This document shows positions 1 through 8,919 of a DNA stretch of 64,000 nt, one piece after another. Origin of the DNA: Acidobacteriota bacterium (GTDB lineage: Bacteria; Acidobacteriota; UBA6911; RPQK01; JAJDTT01); NCBI GenBank assembly GCA_965222655.1, contig CBDCUP010000004.1, forward strand, positions 10,134 through 74,133. The letters run 5' to 3'. The translations under genes and the position numbers were made by a program. Position 1 is the stretch's first letter. Each line of letters begins with the position of its first letter. Below the pieces are notes generated by a model. The model saw nothing but the letters and a program-made list of their open reading frames with translations, was not told the origin of the DNA and did not search any database.

Positions 1-290
1 ACCGGTGAAGGTCAGATTTTCCTTGACGAACTCGATGCGCACGCCGCGCTTGGTAAGCTTCTGCACGATGAGCCGCAGGTTGTCCAGGTTGCGCGCCAGC
101 CGGTCCATGCTATGCACCACCACTGTGTCGCCCTCGCGCGCAAAGGCGAGCAACCTTTCCAGTTCCGGACGCTGCGTGTCCTTACCCGAAGCCTTGTCGG
201 TAAAGAGCCGCGACCGGGACATGCTCGAGTTGGCGTTCCGGGTTCTGGTCGAAACTGCTCACCCGGACGTAGCCGATACGGTGACCGGTT
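1..290 (-). pseudogene. tnpR: Tn21/Tn501-like serine resolvase, frameshifted, runs off the window
   Basis: One frame reads GHRIGYVRVSSFDQNPERQLEHV. After a shift near 210 another frame reads FTDKASGKDTQRPELERLLAFAREGDTVVVHSMDRLARNL...IEFVKENLTFTG, which matches Tn21-type TnpR. No proper start codon. Confidence 0.85.
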
Positions 291-319
291 GTTGGCCACG
301 AGCGGCCATTCGGATGGCT

Positions 320-357
320 CTTAGCGTACGATTTTTTCCGTTTCGTGAGGTGACCCC
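320..357 (-). repeat. Tn3-family 38-bp terminal inverted repeat
   Basis: Minus strand reads GGGGTCACCTCACGAAACGGAAAAAATCGTACGCTAAG, the Tn21/Tn501-type GGGG...ACGCTAAG pattern, exactly 38 bp. Confidence 0.85.
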
Positions 358-581
358 TGAAAGCGCGCGTCGATTTTCTAGAAGAGCTGCTGGATGTGGT
401 CATGGAAGAGTTGCCTCTAGGAGCCTGTCGGACTTTCGGCGTAAGTCCTTTGTTTTCAACAACAGTGATTTTTTAGCCTGAATCTCACACTCTTTGTTTT
501 CAACGACTTAAACGATTCAGATCGTAAATATTCGGTGAACCCATAACCGAGCAATGACCAGCGGAAGATGCGCGTGAGGAC

Positions 582-1442
582 TCAAGTGGAGCGAAGCGAT
601 CTTCGGAAGTGTCTGCTCAGGGGGTAGAGCCAGATGCTTTTGGTGGGCAGATCGGCCTTGTGGTCACGGTCCAGTTTGCCGCGCCCTTGGGTCTGTCCGA
701 CGTGGATCCAGTTGGCAGCCTTGTAGCAGGCGCCGGTGAAGCGTTGGGTCTCGACGAAGGTTTCCAGCAGAACGGGTCGGTAAGCGGAGCGGTCCTGCCA
801 GTCCTGGGGGAGTTGACGCGAGGCCAAGGCCAGCAGCTTGGAGGCGAGGTTCTTGGACTGGACCCAGGGAAGGATCAAGAAACGGGCGTTGTTGACGATC
901 AGTTGAAGGTTCCTCTCCCGTTCCGAAGGACGCCAGCCGATGAAGCGGTCGCGAGGGGCGGTTTTCCAGGCGGGGGCGCCAAAGCCAAGCAGGGCCAGGA
1001 TGCGGTCCTCCCAACGAGCGAAGTAGCGCAGCTGAGCCCCCGGCAGAGGGGTGTGTCCCAGATAGTGATAGCGGTCGATGTATTCATTCCACAAAGCGGA
1101 GTCCGGGCGGCTCAGGACCGGCTCCAGATGCACGCCGGGCAGCTCATGCACCGGTCGGGACAGCGGCGGCTGTGGGGCGCTCCAGAAAGTGTGCTCGATT
1201 CGGCTCGAGCCTCCTTTGCGGTTGCGAGGGGGCGGCAGCTGCAGAAGCCCCTCACGATGCATGCGCAGCATGGCCACCCGGCAGCTCATCTCCTTGAGGC
1301 CCCCGTCCGCTTTGCGCCACTGGAGCAGTCGACATGCCAATCGGGACAGCTGGGCGCGCGTGCGGCCCGGATTGTCGGCAATCAAGGCGCACAGTTGCCC
1401 GATCTCCTCGCCAGTGAAGCGGCGGCCGCAGTAGCGCTTCAT
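582..1442 (-). CDS. DUF4338 (DruA-like, Mom/GNAT-like) protein
   Basis: Motifs YHYLG..PLPGAQLRY, NNARFLILPWV..KNLAS, LLETFV, GACYKAANW..VGQTQGRG. The ATG at 1442 overlaps the transposase stop (ATGA). Confidence 0.85.
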   Translation of the reverse strand: MKRYCGRRFTGEEIGQLCALIADNPGRTRAQLSRLACRLLQWRKADGGLKEMSCRVAMLRMHREGLLQLPPPRNRKGGSSRIEHTFWSAPQPPLSRPVHELPGVHLEPVLSRPDSALWNEYIDRYHYLGHTPLPGAQLRYFARWEDRILALLGFGAPAWKTAPRDRFIGWRPSERERNLQLIVNNARFLILPWVQSKNLASKLLALASRQLPQDWQDRSAYRPVLLETFVETQRFTGACYKAANWIHVGQTQGRGKLDRDHKADLPTKSIWLYPLSRHFRRSLRST

Positions 1443-3070
1443 GCCGCCTCCCGGCCAGAGGGTCGACCCCAGGCCGCTCTTTGGGCGGGGTCCATTTCCC
1501 AGGGCAGGAATCTCCTCAATTGCGGCGGTGCCCGGTTGCCCGATTCGGCGCAGGATTGCAGATAGCAACTCAGCCAGCGTTGCGGGTTGATCTGCCACAG
1601 CTCCAAGGTCTGCAGGATCGTGAACAGCACCGCGGCCAGACGGGCACTCCACCGACTGCCCGAACCGTAGTAGTTCTTGCGCCCCACCACCGGGCCTCGC
1701 AAGGCGCGTTCGGCGGCGTTGTTGTCCATGGCCACCTCGGGGTGATCCAAAAAGACGGTCAACCCTTCCCCGTGTCTCTCGAGGCTGCGCAGCACCTTTT
1801 TGCAGGCTTTAGGCAGGGTCGGGCTCCCCAGCTCCGCATCGCGCTGCCTCGCCAGTCCCCAGAGCGCCCCGCGCAGTTCCCGATCCCAGGCGGCAAAGCT
1901 TTCGGGCTGTTTTCGGACCTGCAGCCGACGCCGGTTCAGATCGAACAGGCCCCCGATGCCCTCCACCCAACTCATCGCCCAGCCCTCCTGTTCAGGCCAA
2001 GCCTTGGCCAAGCAGAAAAAGTCGCGGCGCACGTGGGCCCAGCAAAAGGCCAGTTCCAGGCCCTCCCATTGTCGGGCCAACTTCTTGTATACGACGTAGC
2101 GGTCGCTCAGCAGAATGCCGACCGTATCCGCTCCGAAGTGCGCCTCCGGCACCTGGGCCGAACGGCTGGGAGACAGGGTGAACAGTACCGTCGAAGGGGA
2201 TCCGAACACCCACAGATGCCAGCCCTGACCCGCCTTGCCCTCTACCTCCACGAACACTCGCCAGCCGGTCTCGTCTGCCTGCCAACGATCCTCGCTCAAC
2301 TGCCGGCTCCGGATGGCCTCCCGCACGGGCTCCAACAGCGGGAGCAGTTGCCTCAGTCCTCCCGCGATCGTCCCCGGCGAGAGCCTCACTCCTTGGCTTG
2401 CCAGTTCCTGCAGCAGTCGGTGGCTGGGACGCGAATAAAGATACTTGTCCAAGATCACCCTCACCCACACCGAAATGCCCAGCTTGCCGCGCCGGATCAA
2501 ACGGGCTGGTGACGGCGCCGTCACGATGCCGGGCAAGACCCCGCAACCACAGCTGGGATGGTATCGCCTACGTCGGATCACCCGATGCCAGACTCGGGTC
2601 TCGATCTCCACCACCTGGGCCTCGTCTGTCCCCGGAAACGGATCCAGGGGTCGTCCGCAGCGGGGACACTTCTGCTGCTCTTGGGGCAGCTCCGCCACTT
2701 CCTCGCGGGCTTCGAGCCCCTCCAGGCTGCTGCGACCATGGCCCCGACTCCCCGGCTGCTGTCCACGAGGGCGCGATGAGACCGGGCGCCGGGACGGGCT
2801 CTTGCCCTCGCTGACCAGACACTCACTTCGACGGCTGTAAAGACGGCCTTCCAGCTCTCGAATTCGAGCCCGCAGCTCTTCATTGTCACGCTTGAGGTCG
2901 GCTTCCCTTTGGACCGCCTCCCCGTGACGGGCCTTCCAGTACGCCGCCGCCCAGCGCAGGCCGATGTACTCCTCCTTATCCACCCGGATCTGAATGCCGG
3001 CTGTCGACGCCGGCTGTAAGGACTCCCGATTCTCTCCGGCTTCCTCCGCTTGACCTCGGGCGACTCCCAT
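1439..3070 (-). CDS. tnpC: IS66 DDE transposase (TnpC)
   Basis: N-terminal coiled coil, CPRCG Zn finger, QADETGW, SDRY, CWAHVRRDF, DNNAAERALR. Confidence 0.95.
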   Translation of the reverse strand: MGVARGQAEEAGENRESLQPASTAGIQIRVDKEEYIGLRWAAAYWKARHGEAVQREADLKRDNEELRARIRELEGRLYSRRSECLVSEGKSPSRRPVSSRPRGQQPGSRGHGRSSLEGLEAREEVAELPQEQQKCPRCGRPLDPFPGTDEAQVVEIETRVWHRVIRRRRYHPSCGCGVLPGIVTAPSPARLIRRGKLGISVWVRVILDKYLYSRPSHRLLQELASQGVRLSPGTIAGGLRQLLPLLEPVREAIRSRQLSEDRWQADETGWRVFVEVEGKAGQGWHLWVFGSPSTVLFTLSPSRSAQVPEAHFGADTVGILLSDRYVVYKKLARQWEGLELAFCWAHVRRDFFCLAKAWPEQEGWAMSWVEGIGGLFDLNRRRLQVRKQPESFAAWDRELRGALWGLARQRDAELGSPTLPKACKKVLRSLERHGEGLTVFLDHPEVAMDNNAAERALRGPVVGRKNYYGSGSRWSARLAAVLFTILQTLELWQINPQRWLSCYLQSCAESGNRAPPQLRRFLPWEMDPAQRAAWGRPSGREAA

Positions 3071-3363
3071 GTCCCCCTATATACACGACTGAAAATCCTG
3101 TGTCCAGCTAAATCTGATGGGGTCGGCGCAGGGATGGGTTTACCGAATATTTACTTCAGATCAGGTAAGCCCGACAAACTCCTAGGTGGCGATAAAAGGG
3201 TTTCTGGAGAACAGGTTAGCGTCAAGTATTCTCGATTCTACAGTCGAATAAGCCCGAAAAAGAAGCTGGGGACCGATGTTCATCAGAAAAACCCAAGGTG
3301 TCCATGTAATGTGTCCCCCCGGTCCTGAAGGAGCTGGGTACCGGCCGCACCCGAACGGGCGCG

Positions 3364-5268
3364 CTACTCCTGGGGACCCTCCGTGTCCGGCGGCGGCAGC
3401 CCGACAGCGTGCAGCGCCTGGTCAAGTGCTCGTTCCGCCGCGCTGCCCGGAGCGAGATCCACTGCCGCCTGACGGAGGACCGCTGCGGCGATCGGCAACG
3501 ACACTGCAGCAGGCATCAGGTCCTGCATCGCATGGAAGAAGATGCGCTCCATCACCTCCCGGTTGGCTCCTCCGATGCCTTCGACCGTGATGCCGCTGTT
3601 GCGGTGCGTGCCGCCCTCGACGGCCAGATAGTACGCATGGCTCAGGATCAGCGAATTCCAATGCTCGGCGCCATACCCGAATTCATTATTGAGAGTGCCG
3701 GCGTACTGGCCATCGAGGAATACGAACCCGGAGTAGTCCCAGAACTCGTCTTCGTCTAGAGTGAGGGCGAACTCGTAGCGGTCGCGGTAGACATCCGGAT
3801 AGAAACCGTCCCTGAGCGACTTGGGGTCGCTCAGGGAGCGAATGGGTCCTCTTTTCGTGTCACCGCCCACGCGGTAGTCAGCCGTGGCGCCTTCACCTTC
3901 ATAGAAGAAATCGAGGGACTCGCCGAAGATGTCGGAGTAGGCTTCGTGGATGGCGCCGTCTCCCGAGTAGGCGAGGACAAAACGGCCATCGACACACCAG
4001 GCCGGGACCAGCCCTTCTTCTATCCCGTCAGGCGTCTCGACCAAGCCGGGGAACCGTGCGGTGGCGCACGTGTAGGTTTCGCCGTCGACGTGTGTGAAGC
4101 TTTCCGGGCCAAGCCTCGCATCGAGTGGGAGCGGGTTGTAAAGACCCATGGGGCTTCCGGTGCGATTGCTCACCGAGAAGTGCGTCACGCCGTGCATTAA
4201 CTCGTGGCTCACGATATCGAGCACCGTCAACGGGTCCTCGCTCGTTTCGTCGATAGCCCGACCGAAACCGAACACGCCTCTACCTTCCGGGCCAAACGGC
4301 GGGGGAGCGAAGAAGGCACTCTCCTCGTCAATATTGACCATGTTGATCGTGCGTCCGTTGGCGCCGTCGATGCCTTCCCAACCGTGTCTGTGGGAGAAAT
4401 AATCGTACGTCCAGCCGCTATAGACATGGGCGCCCACCACAGCCGGGTCTTCCCAATCGTTATCCGCGTCGACCGCGATGTCGTCCATTGTCCAGAGCGG
4501 TTCCCCGGGCGGCATCTGATTGAAGAGATGACCGAAGATGAGACGAGTGAAACGCAGGAGGTTGAACCGGGTGTCGAGAGTGATGAGTTCCCCCGGCCGC
4601 ATCCGGTCGTGTGCTCCGAAGCCGCCGTCCCCCTGCGTCGTGCTCAGCTTCCTCCGTATACCCGTGGAGTCTGCGCCGGCCCCGACCGCCGACTGCGACT
4701 TGAACGCATGGACGCGGTGCAGAAGTTTGCCGTTGGCGGCGCCGGCGAAATAAAAGTATCCGTCACTCATGGCCACTTGGTAGGCCAGGGCGTAGGAGCC
4801 GTCGGGACGCGGCAGTATACCGAGCAGCGGCTGCCGGTGGGCGACGAACTCTCCGCCGTGCATCCCTTCGAGAAGCGCGGCGACCTCGGCCCCGGACAGA
4901 AGCGGCGTCGTATCCACGTCGATCCCCTGGTGCAAGGTACCGAACAGCGACACGGTGACACCGCCAGGGTCGAGCTGCCGGGAGACGCCCCCGCCGTGCA
5001 CGGGAATGCCCGCATGGTACTGCGCGAGATATTCGTGGGTGCGTCCTTCCTGGGAGGCGTCGCTCCGGCGCGACATGACGACGAGGTTACCGGTGCTCTC
5101 CATGCCGTGGGCCGTCGCGTCCCACCGTCGCAACGCGTCGAGGCCCAGAGATTGTCCGGCTGCGATGGAAACGATGTCGAGTTCCTGGGCCGTAGCGTCG
5201 TGCTCCGTTGCCATGAGTGCGATCCCGATGAGGGCCAGAGCGATAACAATTCGTGGAGCGGTTCTCAT
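3364..5268 (-). CDS. Secreted M4 (thermolysin-like) metallopeptidase
   Basis: Signal peptide, FTP/PepSY-like propeptide, HELMH zinc motif, GAIHEAYSD third ligand, H.NS.I motif. Confidence 0.9.
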   Translation of the reverse strand: MRTAPRIVIALALIGIALMATEHDATAQELDIVSIAAGQSLGLDALRRWDATAHGMESTGNLVVMSRRSDASQEGRTHEYLAQYHAGIPVHGGGVSRQLDPGGVTVSLFGTLHQGIDVDTTPLLSGAEVAALLEGMHGGEFVAHRQPLLGILPRPDGSYALAYQVAMSDGYFYFAGAANGKLLHRVHAFKSQSAVGAGADSTGIRRKLSTTQGDGGFGAHDRMRPGELITLDTRFNLLRFTRLIFGHLFNQMPPGEPLWTMDDIAVDADNDWEDPAVVGAHVYSGWTYDYFSHRHGWEGIDGANGRTINMVNIDEESAFFAPPPFGPEGRGVFGFGRAIDETSEDPLTVLDIVSHELMHGVTHFSVSNRTGSPMGLYNPLPLDARLGPESFTHVDGETYTCATARFPGLVETPDGIEEGLVPAWCVDGRFVLAYSGDGAIHEAYSDIFGESLDFFYEGEGATADYRVGGDTKRGPIRSLSDPKSLRDGFYPDVYRDRYEFALTLDEDEFWDYSGFVFLDGQYAGTLNNEFGYGAEHWNSLILSHAYYLAVEGGTHRNSGITVEGIGGANREVMERIFFHAMQDLMPAAVSLPIAAAVLRQAAVDLAPGSAAERALDQALHAVGLPPPDTEGPQE

Positions 5269-5330
5269 TTCGTGTAGGTCTCCTTGGAGTCAGGCTAGCG
5301 AGTTTGCCGGTTCGCTGTGTAGAGGCGCAT

Positions 5331-6149
5331 TCAGAACCGCAGGCGCAGGCCCCCTGCCGTATGCAGCCCACCGGGCTTGATCTCGAGGGTTCCGTTGCCA
5401 GCGGACGGAAGCTCCAACGTGGCCCGGCTGTAACGGGTGAACCAGCCGATACCGACGTGGTCCGTGAAGTACCAGGCGACGTCGGCTCCCACGTTGAATC
5501 CAATGGTCGAGCCGGATTCCCGGCTGGCGACCGCACTGGAGAACGTAGCCGTGTTGAAGGGGTATGCGTGGGTGAAATTCACGTCGGTGACCAGTTGCTG
5601 CTTCACGTTAAAGAACGTGGGTCCGGCAAAGCCCATTACCGTGAGCGAGTTCGTGGCCGGCACCACCACGAGCGCCTGCAGGTGGACGGCCATCTCACTG
5701 CGGGTGAGAGGCGACGAAACGCCCGAGATAGAGCGGGTGCGGTTAAAGAAGAGCGGGTGCGGCAGCTGTGCCGATACGGCGGCGGTTTCCTCAGTGCTAA
5801 ACCACGATATGCCGGCGCCGAGCGCGAAGTACGGCGCGACGCGCACGCCGCCGCTCACATCAAAGAGCGGCCCGGTCCTGTAGCGGTAGTCGCTCTCGAG
5901 GCGGGCCTGCTCCTGGGCCGCAGCCGCTGACAGGACCTCGCGGTACACGCCTCCTGATTCCGGAAAGACGACGCTTTCGGTGAAGCTGCCGGTCAGTGCC
6001 TGCAGTCCTCCGTTGATGCTAATGAACGTCCGCGCGTTCCCTGCGGGCTGCTGTGCGTGGGAGGTGCCGACGCCAGTCAGTGTCAGGACTGCGGCGGCCA
6101 GCCGGAGGGCCAGTGCTGTCGACGGTTGCGTGTTCAAATGTGTGGTCAT
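5331..6149 (-). CDS. Outer-membrane beta-barrel protein
   Basis: Signal peptide, alternating amphipathic strands, C-terminal GLRLRF. Confidence 0.75.
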   Translation of the reverse strand: MTTHLNTQPSTALALRLAAAVLTLTGVGTSHAQQPAGNARTFISINGGLQALTGSFTESVVFPESGGVYREVLSAAAAQEQARLESDYRYRTGPLFDVSGGVRVAPYFALGAGISWFSTEETAAVSAQLPHPLFFNRTRSISGVSSPLTRSEMAVHLQALVVVPATNSLTVMGFAGPTFFNVKQQLVTDVNFTHAYPFNTATFSSAVASRESGSTIGFNVGADVAWYFTDHVGIGWFTRYSRATLELPSAGNGTLEIKPGGLHTAGGLRLRF

Positions 6150-6478
6150 GAGGTTTCCTATGGTTAATATGTTCAGAACGACCTGTTCGGATCGGCACTG
6201 ACGAGGCCGAAGTCTTGTACCAGTAGAAACGAGGTATATTACCCGGAATTTCCTTTCTGGCCTTTCGGCGATTGAAAATATACACCCATTTGCGTAGCAG
6301 TGACCTTGCCCCCACGGCCCCCAAGGGTATCAGGCATATCGGTGCGATTTTGCACGCTAAGGCCGTGAGCGCGCCCGCCGGACAAGTCTGCGATTGAGGA
6401 CATACTTACCGTACAGGACATTTGGACCCCAGATCCGATCCTGGCCCTGCCGCTTAGTCTTGAGGTTTGATACGTAAG

Positions 6479-7795
6479 CTAGTTGATCCCAGCTCCTAGC
6501 ATCATGTCGATCCATCCAAACTCTCGTCCCTCGTTGATTATTTTTAGAATCCCGGCCCGGCAGAGGTCTTGGCTCGCTGTAAGCAGTCTTCGGTTTTCTT
6601 TTTTTTCCTTGTCTTTTAATTCGCTTGCATGCACGGCATCTGAGGCGATCTTGTACATTTTGCGGAGCGTTTCGTAGTGCTCAAGTCGTTCCGTGAAGTT
6701 GGTGCCTAAGTGCCATGCACCATAGGTGGCGAGACGGAATCCCTTCTCTCCTGACCCGTCTTTTAGGTACAGCGCTTCCAAAGCGATCCGCAACTCGATG
6801 AATTGATCCGGCAGGGGCGATTCGGGTCGTTTCGAGTTCGCCCATCGACTGATCGTCATACTGAGACTCTGCTTTTCCTGGCTAGAATCTCGCTTGGACT
6901 GGATGTCCAGCGCCTGTTGCAGATGTTCCTGCGATAGATCTATCCTGGGTCCCCCATCCGGAACATTGCTAGGTGAGACTCCGCGGCCAATACCCAGATT
7001 GAATTCCTGTAGATCGCCGAAGTCGGGCCAACTGTATTTCCGACGGACACAGTGGTTGCAGGCTAGCGACAGTGCCTCGCAAAATGGGTCAATCGCATAC
7101 GGCGGGATTTTCCCTTGCGCCCAAGTGAATTCCATATTCTCGATATCGTTCAGCAATCCCCTGCTCTTTATTGACGGCGCGTAGAGAGCTGGTCCCACTT
7201 TGCAATCAATAGACAACGCCACACCGCCCCGGAAGTCCTCGGAACCGTGCAAATGCGTGCTGAGGCTGAACGCGGGCACATGAGCAGGCAGGTCAGTCCC
7301 TGATTTGGGTAGACGAGTAATGCGTAGTCCTTCCTCTAACTCCAATGATGGTTGATCGGTAGAAACGCCGGAAAGTAATATTTTCATCTGGTAGTGGAGC
7401 GGTTCCCCTTCAATCCATCCGAAGACCAACCGCGCCACGCGATCTGGTCCGAGAGTAGCTGCCGCTCTGACTAGAATCCGGGCGAAATCAGTTATCTTCG
7501 GACGCGATAAACCACCCATCAGGTCGACTATCCCGTACCCAATGCGGTCGGATTCGGGTTCGATGTAACGGCTTAACAGCGGACGAAGTTCATGGACAAG
7601 CGTTTCAAGACTATCTTCAGGCACATTGGCTTGGACGCTGGCCGCTGAAAGACCGCCCTGTGCCTTGTCGTGACTGTATTGAGTGCGCAGCTTATCCAGC
7701 GAAAATACTCCCGAGCGTCCAGCATTGAACTTTGTCTGCTGCACGATCTCATCTAGCGACTTCACCATTTCTTGCATTTGCGGAGCCTTTTCCAT
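6479..7795 (-). CDS. ApeA-like HEPN-domain protein
   Basis: C-terminal LRIALEALYL...FRLA..GAW.LG...MYKIASDAVH fits the HEPN pattern, with a variant Rx4H motif. Confidence 0.6.
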   Translation of the reverse strand: MEKAPQMQEMVKSLDEIVQQTKFNAGRSGVFSLDKLRTQYSHDKAQGGLSAASVQANVPEDSLETLVHELRPLLSRYIEPESDRIGYGIVDLMGGLSRPKITDFARILVRAAATLGPDRVARLVFGWIEGEPLHYQMKILLSGVSTDQPSLELEEGLRITRLPKSGTDLPAHVPAFSLSTHLHGSEDFRGGVALSIDCKVGPALYAPSIKSRGLLNDIENMEFTWAQGKIPPYAIDPFCEALSLACNHCVRRKYSWPDFGDLQEFNLGIGRGVSPSNVPDGGPRIDLSQEHLQQALDIQSKRDSSQEKQSLSMTISRWANSKRPESPLPDQFIELRIALEALYLKDGSGEKGFRLATYGAWHLGTNFTERLEHYETLRKMYKIASDAVHASELKDKEKKENRRLLTASQDLCRAGILKIINEGREFGWIDMMLGAGIN

Positions 7796-7862
7796 GGTTC
7801 GTTTACGATGTTACCTCAGCCATTATCGAGCGCGGCTAGTTGTAGTACCGGGCTAATCATTG

Positions 7863-8181
7863 GGTTCATCCGGTAAATGGGGAGGTGCCGCCAGTCAAAG
7901 GCAGGCCGTGGAAACTGCCGCACTATGCAAACCGTGGAAAAACAACTAGTTCTGGAGGAGAACTGGCAAGTGCTCGCAGTTGTTTTTCCACCGTTCGCAC
8001 AGCGCTTGGAAAACTCCGTATCACGGGCTTGCTGGCCCAGTTCGATGTCGCTCGGAGTTTTCCACAGTTCCCACGGCCTCTGCTACTGCAGCCGACTATA
8101 TTGACAAGCGAACGGGGAACCAGATTTGGGATCCGGAAAGCGCCGAACCACGTTCCCACCTCCCCATTTACCGGATGACCC
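7863..8181. mobile_element. ISL3-like MITE (319 bp)
   Basis: TIRs GG(T/G)TCATCCGGTAAATGGGGAGGTG match at 24/25. An 8-bp TSD AATCATTG lies at 7855-7862 and 8182-8189. No credible coding content. Confidence 0.85.
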
Positions 8182-8668
8182 AATCATTGGCTTTCCATCT
8201 TCCTCCCACGTTCTTGGACACGTCCGGTCCTCCACCCCCTCCCCCCCGCGTCGGCGATCCGGTTCAGCTCTGCCTTGCGCGTGGCAGGACTGTTCAACGT
8301 TGCACAAACCTCTCACCATTCGATCCATTAGCGCAATAGGTTTCCGCTATCCCTAAAGCCTTGAAAGTCCGTCTCGGGCCAGAGGGGTGCACAACCGCTC
8401 CTTTGTGCAAGCGCACCCTGCTGGATTCTCACCGTTGCAGTTCCCCCCTTTCCCTCATAAACAGCGAGGCCCCAGGCTCGGCCCGGAGCCGTCAAGGGCG
8501 CGAAGCGAGGCGAAGCCGATCCCTTGACGGCGAGGACCGGGCCGTACAATCTCGTTTTTCAGGGAAAGGGGGGCATGGCCCGCGTTGCGGCGGCGGAGCC
8601 GCCTCCGATCCGGGCTTTGGATTCTTTGATTTCGTTTCCATAGGGCCAGCCGTTCCTACTACTTGTAT

Positions 8669-8790
8669 ATGTTTCCACTTTCACCCAAACAGCGAGGTTG
8701 AATGTTTCCACTTTCACCCAAACAGCGGGCCGGGAATGTTTCCACTTTCACCCTGGAAAACTGCCCCGGATCACCGGTACCTGTGGATAA
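8669..8790. promoter_or_regulatory. Plasmid replication origin: three iterons plus DnaA box
   Basis: ATGTTTCCACTTTCACCC starts at 8669, 8702 and 8736 (33-34 bp spacing). TGTGGATAA, a perfect DnaA box, lies at 8782-8790. Adjacent to the rep gene. Confidence 0.85.
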
Positions 8791-8919
8791 ACTTCGCGGG
8801 GAGTGAGCAAGGGAAGCCCCAGGAGCGGTTTTCAGCGGGCCGGGCACCTAGAAAGGGCCGACGTCACGGCTAGGGCCTTCAGAGGTCGCCCATGCGACGG
8901 GAATGGGGAGACTAGCGGT

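Larger units (their letters stand above)
524..3154 (-). mobile_element. Complete IS66-family element with passenger gene
   Basis: TIRs GTAAATATTCGGT(G/A)AACCCAT match at 20/21. An 8-bp TSD TTCAGATC lies at 516-523 and 3155-3162. Confidence 0.95.
417..3185. mobile_element. Small CTAG-flanked MITE (~130 bp net) interrupted by IS66
   Basis: CTAGGAGCCTGTCGGACTT at 417 and AAGCCCGACAAACTCCTAG ending at 3185 form an imperfect IR. Internal TTTGTTTTCAAC occurs twice. Confidence 0.7.

Noticed and set aside
582-1442. Druantia defence system
   Set aside because: Only the DUF4338 gene is present. There is no DruE helicase or other Dru genes, and it lies inside IS ends.
609-2512. Long plus-strand ORFs (318 and 343 aa) and similar antisense ORFs elsewhere, such as 4204-5277, 12290-13309 and 41779-42861
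   Set aside because: They are shadow ORFs opposite well-supported genes in GC-rich DNA and carry no recognisable motifs.
6324-6361. Possible second Tn3 IR ending GCACGCTAAG
   Set aside because: Only the inner 10 bp match and the terminal GGGG and central motif are missing. Too weak to call.
8669-8753. Three direct repeats as a mini CRISPR array
   Set aside because: Repeats are 18 bp with 15-16 bp similar spacers, there are no cas genes, and they sit beside rep and a DnaA box, so they are iterons.
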